In this document: positions 8,628-18,059 of the stretch, in pieces | Layout: every line of letters starts with the position of its first letter | Position numbering within the stretch: position 1 is the stretch's first letter | DNA from: a virus | Reading direction: 5' to 3' (one strand) | Length of the DNA: 64,000 nucleotides | Virus record (IMG/VR): IMGVR_UViG_3300023181_000028 | Location: 1 to 64,000 of that record | The notes under the pieces: model-generated | What the model was told of the DNA's origin: nothing | Database searches by the model: none | Seen by the model: the letters and a program-made list of their open reading frames with translations, nothing else | Made by a program: the position numbers and the translations under genes

Positions 8628-8712
8628 CAACAGAGACTTAGTCATGCTCGATCTCAGTTATGTTTTGTTGGTTCAAACAGGATAAATCCCGGCTAAATAC
8701 TGGGATTTTTTC
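8628..8712 (+). ncRNA. candidate ~85-nt small RNA
   Basis: bounded by -7 element and intrinsic terminator AAATCCCGG..CTGGGATTTTTT (8684-8711); 5' hairpin CAACA/TGTTG. Confidence 0.55.
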
Positions 8713-8717
8713 TTTTA

Positions 8718-8747
8718 TGCAACCTTTTGCAACTTCCGCGCGTATAA
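8718..8747 (+). promoter_or_regulatory. ECF-like promoter TGCAAC-N17-CGTATAA
   Basis: motif copy at head of rightward arm. Confidence 0.8.
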
Positions 8748-8772
8748 CTATTAACTTTTAAAACATAAAATT

Positions 8773-9522
8773 ATGCAGAAGAAAAAACAGGTTATAATGC
8801 TGCCTACAGATAAAGCAAGTAATATTTTATTATATCCTAAAGAGTTTAAAATAAACTACAGCAAAGTTCCTTGTTTTGGATTTGAAGAACAGATGTTAGC
8901 TCAACATCTATACATTCTATCAGATGAAGAAATAAAAGAAGATGATTGGTTTATTGAATGCATAGATAATGGTAGTGTAAATGCACCACATTATAGTATT
9001 AATAAGATGATTAATCCTAAATATTCAATTGAAGAAGAAACTTATTCAGCAATTGGAATAAATGGAGATGAACATACTTGTGGATATCACAATACTAAAA
9101 AAATAATAGCAACTACTAATTCTGAATTATTAGAACATTCTTTAACAAGAGAAATAAATGGATTTAGTGGTCATATTCCCCTGCCTAGAATATCTCAAGA
9201 CTTCATTGAAGCTTATATTAAATCATATAATGAAGGTAATGTGATTAAAGATGTAATGGTAGAGTACAAAGAAATAGTAGATGAAGTAGGAAGAGATAAA
9301 TTATCTAGCGGCGGAACGATAGGAAGATATTCGGTTAAAAAGAATCTTAAAATCAGATCTGATAACACTATTATAATCAATAGGGTTAAAGAAAAGAAAT
9401 ATACAGCAGATCAAATGAAAGAATTTGCCATAGCCTGTTGTTATGCTTCTCAAATTGATGGCGATCACAAATCAACTTTAGACATTGTGAATAACGCCTT
9501 CGATAAAAATTATCCTGAATAA
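8773..9522 (+). CDS. conserved Bacteroidota-phage hypothetical protein
   Basis: QHLYILSDEEIKEDDW...KKIIATT...LPRISQDFIEAY motifs. Confidence 0.8.
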   Translation: MQKKKQVIMLPTDKASNILLYPKEFKINYSKVPCFGFEEQMLAQHLYILSDEEIKEDDWFIECIDNGSVNAPHYSINKMINPKYSIEEETYSAIGINGDEHTCGYHNTKKIIATTNSELLEHSLTREINGFSGHIPLPRISQDFIEAYIKSYNEGNVIKDVMVEYKEIVDEVGRDKLSSGGTIGRYSVKKNLKIRSDNTIIINRVKEKKYTADQMKEFAIACCYASQIDGDHKSTLDIVNNAFDKNYPE

Positions 9523-9543
9523 TTAATTATAAAATCAATAAAA

Positions 9544-9729
9544 ATGGAAAAATACCTGTTACCCTTGTTTATTTATTACTTCTTTGCGTTATTAATAATT
9601 TCGGATGACAAAACTATTGATCGTGCGGCGAAAAAAGTATCTCATGCTGTTGATACTTCCGTATCGGATTACGCGGAGAATAACCTAATATCTGCTACAA
9701 TTAAACAATACAAAAACTATAAACCATGA
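9544..9729 (+). CDS. small membrane-anchored protein
   Basis: N-terminal hydrophobic helix. Confidence 0.6.
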   Translation: MEKYLLPLFIYYFFALLIISDDKTIDRAAKKVSHAVDTSVSDYAENNLISATIKQYKNYKP

Positions 9730-9866
9730 AAACTTATACAAAAGACGAAGTGATTAAATTAATCTATGCTTATGAAAACTATTTAATGGGAAGTATCGGA
9801 AGAGATGGTTATTATAATGGAATAGACTTCGTAGAAGAATTTCTTAAAGAAAACCCTATTAAATAA
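9726..9866 (+). CDS. small hypothetical protein (46 aa, MKTYTKDEVIKLI...), not in ORF track
   Basis: read manually; ATGA overlap. Confidence 0.65.
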   Translation: MKTYTKDEVIKLIYAYENYLMGSIGRDGYYNGIDFVEEFLKENPIK

Positions 9867-9881
9867 TAATTTGCAAATAAA

Positions 9882-9911
9882 TGCAACCTTATTACCTTTA
9901 CATTCGTTAAA
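9882..9911 (+). promoter_or_regulatory. ECF-like promoter TGCAAC-N17-CGTTAAA
   Basis: motif copy. Confidence 0.8.
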
Positions 9912-9936
9912 CATACAAGTTCTTTAAAAACATTTA

Positions 9937-10290
9937 ATATTGCTTCGGTGGCCTAAATATAGGTAAAGTGTTGTGAGGCTAGCGCACGAGCAAGCAAAGG
10001 GAATGTAAAGTCCCGGCCCACCGAACGCAATATGATATTTCTTGCTTGAAGATAAACAATAGAGCAGTACGATACTTCCTTTAAGTGGGAAATACGCTGT
10101 ACATCTATAATCTATATCCAATAGATGTTGTTTATTGTAGAGATAATACTTTATGTAGTGGAGCCTTGGCAAGTACTCAGAAATGAGGAGATGTGAAGCT
10201 ACATATTGTCGGATTATTCCTTTGGAAATGGGACAAGAGATAAGAGCATTAGTACCGCAACCTTTTTAAGGCGTAGAAGCGGGCTAATGT
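9937..10290 (+). ncRNA. candidate multi-domain structured RNA or long structured leader
   Basis: five consecutive closed stem domains in a region with no sense ORF, directly after a promoter. Confidence 0.65.
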
Positions 10291-10311
10291 TTCTTTTAAA
10301 ACTTAAAAATT

Positions 10312-10524
10312 ATGCAAACAGTAAAATATCATTTTAGTTTCTCCACGCAAAGCAAGGAGCCTATCACTGAGTCTCAGTTTATACGACTTATCAAATATCA
10401 AAAGAACTTAGACACTCTATTGATAAATGACTCAACTATATCTCAACAAAAAAGGCTTGCATTATGGGCGGAAAGTCAAAGAACAATTAAATTCTTAAGA
10501 AACTATGGGACTTATAACGGATAA
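10312..10524 (+). CDS. hypothetical protein
   Basis: 70 aa ORF with A-rich upstream region. Confidence 0.65.
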   Translation: MQTVKYHFSFSTQSKEPITESQFIRLIKYQKNLDTLLINDSTISQQKRLALWAESQRTIKFLRNYGTYNG

Positions 10525-10651
10525 ACCTTACAGAAGGTTAAACAGGGAAACCGGACTATTTGAATGGGTGTATCCTGAGCCAACTCAATACGATCAGAAA
10601 GACGTTCTTAAGCCTATTAAGATAGTTAAACCTAAAAGAAGGAAGAGATGA
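10505..10651 (+). CDS. small hypothetical protein (48 aa, MGLITDKPYRRLNRE...), not in ORF track
   Basis: read manually; fills gap; ATGA overlap with 10648. Confidence 0.6.
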   Translation: MGLITDKPYRRLNRETGLFEWVYPEPTQYDQKDVLKPIKIVKPKRRKR

Positions 10652-11061
10652 GTGTTTATGAGCAACGTATTGCCGCGCAACTCTATCATTTTTATGAGAG
10701 GTATAAAGAATACGAAGACCCTCTAAGCAGGTATCATTCACACTTGCATCTAGACCTCGTATTCGACCATTTAAAGGAGAGAAATAAGGAAATAGTGTTA
10801 GAGGGAGATATTAAAGATAAGTTGTGGAAAATGGCTATAATTGAATGTAAGGAACAACACGTCTCGTGGATGAAAGCATTAAAAGATAAGAGACTGGCTC
10901 AAACCGCAAAGGAATTATTAACGGCGGAAAAAATAAGATTTTTCAAGACATACATCACTAGATACTTCCTTTTAGAGAAACTAAAGGATGGTATATGGGT
11001 TCAGGTTACAGACGATGAAACAGGTAAAAAGGTTAGCTTATTAAGTTTTGTAGGGAAATGA
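10648..11061 (+). CDS. hypothetical protein
   Basis: 137 aa, coupled to helicase start. Confidence 0.75.
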   Translation: MSVYEQRIAAQLYHFYERYKEYEDPLSRYHSHLHLDLVFDHLKERNKEIVLEGDIKDKLWKMAIIECKEQHVSWMKALKDKRLAQTAKELLTAEKIRFFKTYITRYFLLEKLKDGIWVQVTDDETGKKVSLLSFVGK

Positions 11062-12617
11062 AAGAACTCCGCGCATACCAATCCGAATGTATAAATACGG
11101 TTCAAAATGAACTAATTTCCGGCATTTCATCTCAATTGATCGTCATGAGTATGGGGCTAGGAAAGACTTTCACTGCCGTTAAGATGACAGAACAGCTTGG
11201 ATTTAAAAGTGTATTATGGGTAACGGATGATGAGCGCCTGCTTGAGCAATCTGCATTAGCGTTCGCTTATGATAAGTTTGAACCTGAATTAGTGGAGAAA
11301 ATAGCTAAGAACGGCCTGCTTAATTACATAAGATCCGGCGGAACGTTCAATGGGTATAAAATGGGGGTTATCAAAGCAGACTTGTTTAAGCCTGATGGCG
11401 ATGTAGTTTTTTGTTCCGCGCAAACATTATGGCGGAGATTAGATAAGTTAGATCCTTACAAATACGACTGTCTCATAATAGATGAATGCCACCTCTTCGG
11501 AGCCAATACATTTTTTAAAGGTATTTCACACTTCCACCCTAAACTGAGGCTAGGATTAACCGGAACTCCATTTAGGAAAGACGGCATGATGCTATCTGAT
11601 ATATTCCAAAAGATTGTATTTGAATACAATATGTTAGAGGGTATTAAATCAGGGTACTTGTGTGAACTAGATGCAATCAGGATTAAGACAAATTGCTCAT
11701 TGGACGGAGTGCATACGCTGGCAGGTGACTTTAACGAAAAAGAACTATCTGATGAATTGAACACTTTGGCGCGTAACAACTTAATCGCTCAGTCTTATAT
11801 TAAGTACTGTAAGGGTCGCCAAGCCATCGGATTTGGAATTGATATACAACATTGCATTGATCTTGCAGAAGCCTTTAGACAGCACGGAATTAGCGCAATA
11901 GCCATATCCAGCGACGAGGAAAGAACCGGAGATAAGAATATTGGAATTAAACAATATAGAGAAGGGATAATTGAGGTTATATTCAGTGTTAATCTATTAA
12001 GTAAAGGATTTGACCATCCCGATACCGGATGCACAATAGCGGCAGCCCCAACTAAATCAATAGTAAGATATTTACAAGGGCCAGGAGGAAGAGGAAGTCG
12101 ATTGAAGTCCGCGGAATACGTTTCTAAATTTGGACAAAATTGTATAATTTTAGACGTGGTGGATAATACCACTAAACACAACCTTATTAATGCTTGGGAA
12201 TTAGACAAACAAAAGCCAGTTGAAGAAAGAACTTTTATAAGTCAGGATAAGAAAGATAAATTACTAGCCGTTCGAAATGCTACAAAAATATCCCACGAAA
12301 GAAAAGAGGATGAAATTGTTAAACTTTTGCAGATACCTAGACTCAAACTATCTAAGTTCTACACAATGTCTGATGATGCCACGCCCGCTCAAATAGAAGC
12401 GATCAAAAAATTTGGATATACTGATGAAGTTCATTACACAAAGTTTATGATAACCGAGATATTTGCAGCGCAGCCAGTTACACCATCTCAATGGGGATGG
12501 CTAAAATATAAGGGATATGATGTGTCGGGTAAAGTGATAACGCGCGGAGAGTTTGAAGCGGCAAGAAGAGAAGTGGAAAGAAAAGAAGAAAAGAGAAACC
12601 TTAATAAGAAATTTTAG
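11058..12617 (+). CDS. SF2 DExH-box helicase
   Basis: LRAYQ, MGLGKT, DECH, TGT, GFDHP, Q..GGRGSR motifs. Confidence 0.92.
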   Translation: MKELRAYQSECINTVQNELISGISSQLIVMSMGLGKTFTAVKMTEQLGFKSVLWVTDDERLLEQSALAFAYDKFEPELVEKIAKNGLLNYIRSGGTFNGYKMGVIKADLFKPDGDVVFCSAQTLWRRLDKLDPYKYDCLIIDECHLFGANTFFKGISHFHPKLRLGLTGTPFRKDGMMLSDIFQKIVFEYNMLEGIKSGYLCELDAIRIKTNCSLDGVHTLAGDFNEKELSDELNTLARNNLIAQSYIKYCKGRQAIGFGIDIQHCIDLAEAFRQHGISAIAISSDEERTGDKNIGIKQYREGIIEVIFSVNLLSKGFDHPDTGCTIAAAPTKSIVRYLQGPGGRGSRLKSAEYVSKFGQNCIILDVVDNTTKHNLINAWELDKQKPVEERTFISQDKKDKLLAVRNATKISHERKEDEIVKLLQIPRLKLSKFYTMSDDATPAQIEAIKKFGYTDEVHYTKFMITEIFAAQPVTPSQWGWLKYKGYDVSGKVITRGEFEAARREVERKEEKRNLNKKF

Positions 12618-12629
12618 TAAAACCAATAT

Positions 12630-13214
12630 ATGAAAGAAATAAAAGGATCTATATCCTACACATTACAAATCTCTGATTCCGGCGAATGGACAGTTACATA
12701 CGGAACAGAAGGTCAATCAGAAGAGGATTCTGTGCATAATGACATAGCTTCTCTTGTGATTGCTCAGAATGTTATGGAGCAATGCGCCGCCACTATGAAA
12801 CTTAATAAAGAATCATTAAAGGGCAGAGATAAGAAATACATGACCCAAAAGCTAGATAAGGTGATTGATGGTAGGTTTGGATTAAAACTTATCGCGGATT
12901 ACCTGATTGATTGCTATGAAGGCTATATGGAGTTCTTATCTAAGAAAGCGTCGGACAAAGAAGCTAATCCTAAAGCAGAACAAGTTACAATGACTGAGGA
13001 AGAAATTAAAATGGCTAAAGAAACCCATGACAGGCTCACTAACGAATTAGTTAAAGGAGTGTTGGATAAATATCCAGATCACGTAAATTCATATAAAGAA
13101 GGGCAAACAGGACTGCTGGGGATGTTCGTTGGAGAGGCTATGAAGGCATCGAAAGGTAAAATAGATCCAAAATATCTAAATAACATTGTTAAAAATCAAT
13201 TAGATGGATTATAG
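12630..13214 (+). CDS. protein with C-terminal GatB/YqeY-like domain
   Basis: VLDKYPDHVNSYKEGQTGLLGMFVGEAMKASKGKIDPK resembles the GatB C-terminal tail. Confidence 0.8.
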   Translation: MKEIKGSISYTLQISDSGEWTVTYGTEGQSEEDSVHNDIASLVIAQNVMEQCAATMKLNKESLKGRDKKYMTQKLDKVIDGRFGLKLIADYLIDCYEGYMEFLSKKASDKEANPKAEQVTMTEEEIKMAKETHDRLTNELVKGVLDKYPDHVNSYKEGQTGLLGMFVGEAMKASKGKIDPKYLNNIVKNQLDGL

Positions 13215-13386
13215 TGAGTTTATAGGTGCGGCATTGGCGGAACCTCTAGGGGATGGAATGTGGAATGTATATGCTAATGGTTTTGTAAAGATTAGTGATT
13301 GTTCCGGCGACACAGAGTTTGAAGCCAAAGAAGACGCTTGGAGATACATACAAAGACTTAAAGATAAAATAGATGAAAAAGATTAA
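13204..13386 (+). CDS. hypothetical protein
   Basis: 60 aa, overlaps neighbours. Confidence 0.65.
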   Translation: MDYSEFIGAALAEPLGDGMWNVYANGFVKISDCSGDTEFEAKEDAWRYIQRLKDKIDEKD

Positions 13387-13729
13387 ATTAGAAGAGCAAT
13401 TCCAATTAGGAGATCAGGTGTATCTCTACACTAAAAACGATGAAGGTAAGCCTATTATTAAATCAGTGGCATCCTCAAATGTAAAGAAAGAGAAAGAAAA
13501 GAAGGCTTTTGTGCCACCCACCCTGGCGGATGTAATTGTATTCTTTAATAAGAATGGGTACGATAATGAACTTGCTAAAAAGTTTTTTAACGGCTACGAT
13601 GTAGCTGAATGGAAAGACAGCAATGGCAGACAAATACATAATTGGCAACAGAAAGCCCACCAAGTTTGGTTTAGAGATACTAACAAACTACCCGTTAAAG
13701 AGAAACAAGAGTCTAAATTCATGTTTTAA
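13373..13729 (+). CDS. replisome-organiser C-terminal-like protein (putative helicase loader/partner)
   Basis: FVPPTLADV...AKKFFNGY...WKD..G..I.NWQ motif, directly upstream of DnaB. Confidence 0.7.
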   Translation: MKKIKLEEQFQLGDQVYLYTKNDEGKPIIKSVASSNVKKEKEKKAFVPPTLADVIVFFNKNGYDNELAKKFFNGYDVAEWKDSNGRQIHNWQQKAHQVWFRDTNKLPVKEKQESKFMF

Positions 13730-13731
13730 CC

Positions 13732-15144
13732 ATGCAAGAAGCACATAGTCTGGATATGCAGACAAAACTATTGGGGGTGTACATGGGTAATCCCGATGCA
13801 TTCTCTCATGTAGAAAACTTATTCAAATCAAACATCTTCACCACAACTATCTATAAACACTGTTTTAAGATCATTACAGCGTATCATGCCAAGAATATAA
13901 AGTCTGATATGAATATTATCTTAAACGCTCTTATAAAGGCTGGAATAGATAAAAAAGAGGCTGCTATGTCAGTGTCTAAGTTAGATGTTTACACCCACCT
14001 ATCCGCCGGACAAATAGCTGAATATGTTACATCCCTATTTGAAGAAGCCCTTACAAATGATCTTGTTCCCTTTATCGAGAATGTTGCCTCCACTACAAAC
14101 CCACAGAATGTATTTGAGAAGATAGGGGAGTTGAAGGATAAGATTAATCGCGTGGAGTTGACGGTTAATAACGTTAGCAAGGAAGTGAGTATTAAGACTC
14201 AGTTTAAAGAGGCGGTTAACAGAATTAAGAATTTAAAGACGGGTAAAATAGAACAAGCTGGATTTAGCTGGGGTATACCCTCTTTAGACAAAAAAACTCT
14301 TGGAATAGTTCAGGGGATCAACATTGTCGCGGCATCAAAAGGCGGTGGAAAATCCTCAATTTTGATAAATATTATCGTGGAGAACGTTGTAAAAAAACAA
14401 CTTCCTATGTTATTTTTCTCTATGGAGATGACTGCAATTGAAGTGCTAACAAATGTGATCGCTAACGTGCGTAGGATTAATTCTAAAGCACTTAGAACCG
14501 GACAAGTTGACGAGAATGACTTAATTGATATTGAAGCCATAGAGGGCAGATTAAATGAATCTTTTGTCATTGACCCCACCGGCGGAATAACCCACCAATA
14601 TTTTAAAGCGAAAGCAAGGGCGTTTAGAAAGGCTAATAATATACCAGATAATGAAACTATATTAGTGGCACTAGATTATTTGGGACTTATGAAAAATACA
14701 CCGGACGAGGCCAAGATGACTAAGGAAGAGAAGATAGAGCAAATATGCACCGAATTAATGTGTAGCTGCAAGGATGAAAATATCGCTTTAGTTAAACTTG
14801 CTCAATTCGGAAGAGAACTAGACAGGCGCGGTAATGATAGCTACGCAGTTAAAAACGATTCGGATAAACTAAGAGCTTTACGTCCTAAAATGAGCGATCT
14901 TAAGGGTTCCTCTGCAATTGAAAGTAATGCGGTTACTATTCTTTTACTATACAGACCTAGTTATTATGGGATATTAGAGTCGGACGGGAAAGACTTTCGC
15001 GGACTTTGCGAGATAAACATAGCAAAAGGACGGTACGTGAATCCTGAGCCTGTATATGTGAAATTCAAAGGAGAATATTCTTTATTTCAGGATATTGAAG
15101 AGAGTGAATCGGCAATACAATCAACAGAAGAACCTCCCTTTTAA
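13732..15144 (+). CDS. dnaB: DnaB-like replicative helicase
   Basis: ASKGGGKS, FSMEM, LDYLGL, LAQFGR, PKMSDLKGSSAIE, IAKGR. Confidence 0.95.
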   Translation: MQEAHSLDMQTKLLGVYMGNPDAFSHVENLFKSNIFTTTIYKHCFKIITAYHAKNIKSDMNIILNALIKAGIDKKEAAMSVSKLDVYTHLSAGQIAEYVTSLFEEALTNDLVPFIENVASTTNPQNVFEKIGELKDKINRVELTVNNVSKEVSIKTQFKEAVNRIKNLKTGKIEQAGFSWGIPSLDKKTLGIVQGINIVAASKGGGKSSILINIIVENVVKKQLPMLFFSMEMTAIEVLTNVIANVRRINSKALRTGQVDENDLIDIEAIEGRLNESFVIDPTGGITHQYFKAKARAFRKANNIPDNETILVALDYLGLMKNTPDEAKMTKEEKIEQICTELMCSCKDENIALVKLAQFGRELDRRGNDSYAVKNDSDKLRALRPKMSDLKGSSAIESNAVTILLLYRPSYYGILESDGKDFRGLCEINIAKGRYVNPEPVYVKFKGEYSLFQDIEESESAIQSTEEPPF

Positions 15145-15160
15145 AATAATTGCAAAATAA

Positions 15161-15189
15161 TGCAACCTTATTCTTTTTATCACGTTTAA
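15161..15189 (+). promoter_or_regulatory. ECF-like promoter TGCAAC-N16-CGTTTAA
   Basis: motif copy, intergenic. Confidence 0.8.
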
Positions 15190-15207
15190 CTTATAAAATA
15201 ACCAACT

Positions 15208-15681
15208 ATGTTTAAAATATACAAACACAAACAAACCGGAAAAGCTATTAGGGCTATTCAAGTGACAAATGACTTCACTATAAACAAAGCATTCTCAGAA
15301 TTAGACCTTACAGGGCATAAGTTTAATATAGGTGACTATGTTATTGAGAATCCTAAGATGTCTCCCGGCAGAACCATATCTATTATGACTGCCGAGGAAT
15401 TTGAGGCTAATTATCAGGAAATGGATAGCAAAGAAGCCTCTGAATTATTAAGCGGCGGATGTTCACCTGTATTAACTTATAAAGTTGAGAATAGCAGACA
15501 GATTGCAGAGATCAGATATAACACTGAATCTAAAACTCTGGAAGTGGACTTTAAAACCGGAAAGACTTATGAGTACTACGAAGTGCCTAAGGATGTGTTT
15601 GAGGGTGTGAGACTAGCTGAGTCTGCTGGCAAGTTCTTTAATTCAAATATTAAATCAAACTTTCAATACAAACAAATCTAA
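15208..15681 (+). CDS. PGDYG-like domain fused to KTSC domain
   Basis: N-term IGDYVI...EEFEANY; C-term SRQIAEIRY...LEVDFKTGKTYEYYEVP...AESAGKFFNSNIK. Confidence 0.85.
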   Translation: MFKIYKHKQTGKAIRAIQVTNDFTINKAFSELDLTGHKFNIGDYVIENPKMSPGRTISIMTAEEFEANYQEMDSKEASELLSGGCSPVLTYKVENSRQIAEIRYNTESKTLEVDFKTGKTYEYYEVPKDVFEGVRLAESAGKFFNSNIKSNFQYKQI

Positions 15682-15692
15682 AACCATAAACT

Positions 15693-16508
15693 ATGTTCAA
15701 TTTATTTAAGAAACTTAACCCCGCTAAGACAGAAACTATCTCAACTCCAATTTCAGGAATCGAATCGGCAATACCTTCATATCCAAAAGATGTGATTCAG
15801 ATTCACCATGAATTTAATACTGCCGCCGACTCTCTTATTGTAGAGGCAAATGTTATTATTTCAGAAGCCGCAACTAAAGATGTTAAAAAAGTAAGCAGAT
15901 TAGAGGCTTTAGGATTCAAACAGGCTGGACAAGTGACAGAATTAAAGCCTTTGATTCAAAAAGCAGAATTAAGTAAAGAGCAATTAGAATTATTGGCTTA
16001 TTATCGCAGAGAATATCCATTCAATAAATTCATTACAGAAGATCAGGTTAAAAACATTTGCCATAAATGGAACTTGGTTTGCGGAGAAGTTAACAGATTT
16101 AAAGGATTTGTTCCTGAAAAGAACCTTAAAGAAATTGAGAATTTTGTTATAAAAAATAATGATTCGGACGTTTATTTATACGCCTTTGGATCGCAGTTTT
16201 ATACTGAATCCGAATGTATTGAATTAGGCTATTGGGAAAGAAATTTTGATGAATACACTTCTTATAAAAAAGACCCTCAAAACACAAAAAGTACCAGATT
16301 TCAAATAAAATCTTCTACTCTTCAAATTTGCGCTCCTGTAAAAGATATGGATATAAGAGGATTAGAACTTGTAGAAGGGTATAAACTTCAAAAGAAACAT
16401 ATACCTGATCCGGTAGTACTTCAACCTGTGAAAGGCGGTTATCTTATCCTTACGGCTTGGGGTGACGAGGCAAGTGATGAAAATGTTGTTAACTCTATAA
16501 ACAATTAA
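15693..16508 (+). CDS. conserved phage hypothetical protein
   Basis: C-terminal PDPVVLQPVKGGYLILTAWGDE motif. Confidence 0.8.
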   Translation: MFNLFKKLNPAKTETISTPISGIESAIPSYPKDVIQIHHEFNTAADSLIVEANVIISEAATKDVKKVSRLEALGFKQAGQVTELKPLIQKAELSKEQLELLAYYRREYPFNKFITEDQVKNICHKWNLVCGEVNRFKGFVPEKNLKEIENFVIKNNDSDVYLYAFGSQFYTESECIELGYWERNFDEYTSYKKDPQNTKSTRFQIKSSTLQICAPVKDMDIRGLELVEGYKLQKKHIPDPVVLQPVKGGYLILTAWGDEASDENVVNSINN

Positions 16509-16510
16509 TC

Positions 16511-17518
16511 ATGAACCAAGAATTAATAACATCTAATCCAAAGTTGGCAAAAGACCTTGCTATTGTCACTGAATTAAAAACTCAATTAGACGAAGCCGCA
16601 AGCCAATTAAGCCTCATTAAGGTGGTGGACACAGGTACACTATCAGTGGCACAACAAAACATCTCTAAAGCCACGCAATTAGTGAATTTTGTGGAAGAGA
16701 AACGTGTGATTATTAAGGAGCCTTACTTATCCGCCGGAAAACTTGTAGACAAAACTTGTAAAGACTTAGTGGAAGAACTTGTTAAGTCTATCGCAGGAGC
16801 CAAGAAACAGATATTAGAATGGGAAGCTGCCCGAAAAGCAGAAGAAGCCGCTAAACAAGCAGAGATTGATCGTGTTGCCGCCGAAGAGAAAGCTAAACTA
16901 CAAGCAGAAGCAGATCGTAAACAAGCCATTCAAGACTACATCACAGATGTAATGGTACCAAAGCTTATTAAAATGACTGAGCAATGCACAACTGTGGAAC
17001 TCTGCGAAAAGGCTTTGAATAACATCAATGCTAATTTCAAACCAAAAGAATATTTTGAACACCTGGCGGATCATGCTTATGATATCAAAGACAGATATGT
17101 TGAGATTATTAAGTCCAAAAAAACTCAATTAGAGAGCGCTGACACACTTTCTGACTCAGAGAAGGAATTAGCCAAGCAGAAGCAGGAAATGGCCGAGGAG
17201 AAGGCTAGAATGGCGGAGAGAGAAGCTAAAGTTAAAGCCGCTGAGGACAAGATCAAATTAGAGAACGAACAGAAGCAAAAAGATTTAGAAGCGGAAGAGG
17301 CTAAGAGATTAGCAGAACAAATGTCTTCCCTGAATAAGACTAAAGGCATTCGTTACAATTGGGGATTTGAATTAGCGGATATTAAGAAGGTTCCGGCGGA
17401 ATGGTTAACTATTGATGAAGCTAAAGTTAAATCCTATATCAAAGAGAATAAGGATAGCCTTAAAGAGGGAGTTGTCAACGGAGTTAAATTTATTAAAACA
17501 CCATCAGTGACAGCGTAA
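16511..17518 (+). CDS. long coiled-coil protein (Gp157/Gam-like recombination-module protein)
   Basis: coiled coil with C-terminal W.FE..D..KVP.EWL.IDE.KV...GVKF. Confidence 0.65.
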   Translation: MNQELITSNPKLAKDLAIVTELKTQLDEAASQLSLIKVVDTGTLSVAQQNISKATQLVNFVEEKRVIIKEPYLSAGKLVDKTCKDLVEELVKSIAGAKKQILEWEAARKAEEAAKQAEIDRVAAEEKAKLQAEADRKQAIQDYITDVMVPKLIKMTEQCTTVELCEKALNNINANFKPKEYFEHLADHAYDIKDRYVEIIKSKKTQLESADTLSDSEKELAKQKQEMAEEKARMAEREAKVKAAEDKIKLENEQKQKDLEAEEAKRLAEQMSSLNKTKGIRYNWGFELADIKKVPAEWLTIDEAKVKSYIKENKDSLKEGVVNGVKFIKTPSVTA

Positions 17519-17794
17519 ATGCCTAAACGCCTCTTTATACCCCCTGAGTTATTAGCCCTTAATCCTACGCTTGAATTAAAGGAAATAAGGGCTATTATAC
17601 AGGTGATATTTAAGTCTAAAAATAATATCCTCAGGAACTCTACAATAGTGGATATAAAGATTCCGGGAATAGGCAGGATTAAATCTCATGGGAATAAGAA
17701 GAAGAACAATAGTAAAGCATTAACAAAAGACAAGCGGCGAAAACGACTTGAAAGAAGGAAAAAAGAACTAACAATTGAATATTTATTATTTTAA
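17519..17794 (+). CDS. basic HU/IHF-like DNA-binding protein
   Basis: helical N-terminus then DIKIPGIGRI; very basic. Confidence 0.5.
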   Translation: MPKRLFIPPELLALNPTLELKEIRAIIQVIFKSKNNILRNSTIVDIKIPGIGRIKSHGNKKKNNSKALTKDKRRKRLERRKKELTIEYLLF

Positions 17795-17806
17795 AAAACA
17801 ACAAAC

Positions 17807-17992
17807 ATGACAAAACAAGAAGCTATTTCAGCAATTTACAATGGTAATTTAGTGGAATGTACAAAGGAACAGTATCCAGAAATAAGAACCGCTTTACAAG
17901 ATAAAGCAGGAGAAATGGTTGATTCAGGAGACGGATTAAGGGCAATGATGATGTTAGAAGAAGTGAGAAGGTTAGATAAATTATATAACTAA
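17807..17992 (+). CDS. hypothetical protein
   Basis: 61 aa ORF. Confidence 0.65.
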   Translation: MTKQEAISAIYNGNLVECTKEQYPEIRTALQDKAGEMVDSGDGLRAMMMLEEVRRLDKLYN

Positions 17993-17993
17993 C

Positions 17994-18024
17994 TTGCAAA
18001 ATAATACAATGTTGCATATATTTA
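17994..18024 (+). promoter_or_regulatory. sigmaA-type promoter TTGC-N19-TATATTTA
   Basis: -33/-7 geometry of Bacteroidota promoters upstream of SSB-like gene. Confidence 0.6.
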
Positions 18025-18059
18025 CAAACAAATACATAAACCAATAAAACAAAACAATT

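Noticed and set aside
9941-10030. Canonical tRNA gene
   Set aside because: Cloverleaf-like, but no TTCRA T-loop, a bulged acceptor stem, no clear 7-nt anticodon loop and no CCA; kept only as part of the structured RNA
10256-10278. Additional ECF-like promoter CGCAACCTT...CGTAG
   Set aside because: Spacer is only 10 nt and lies inside an RNA hairpin
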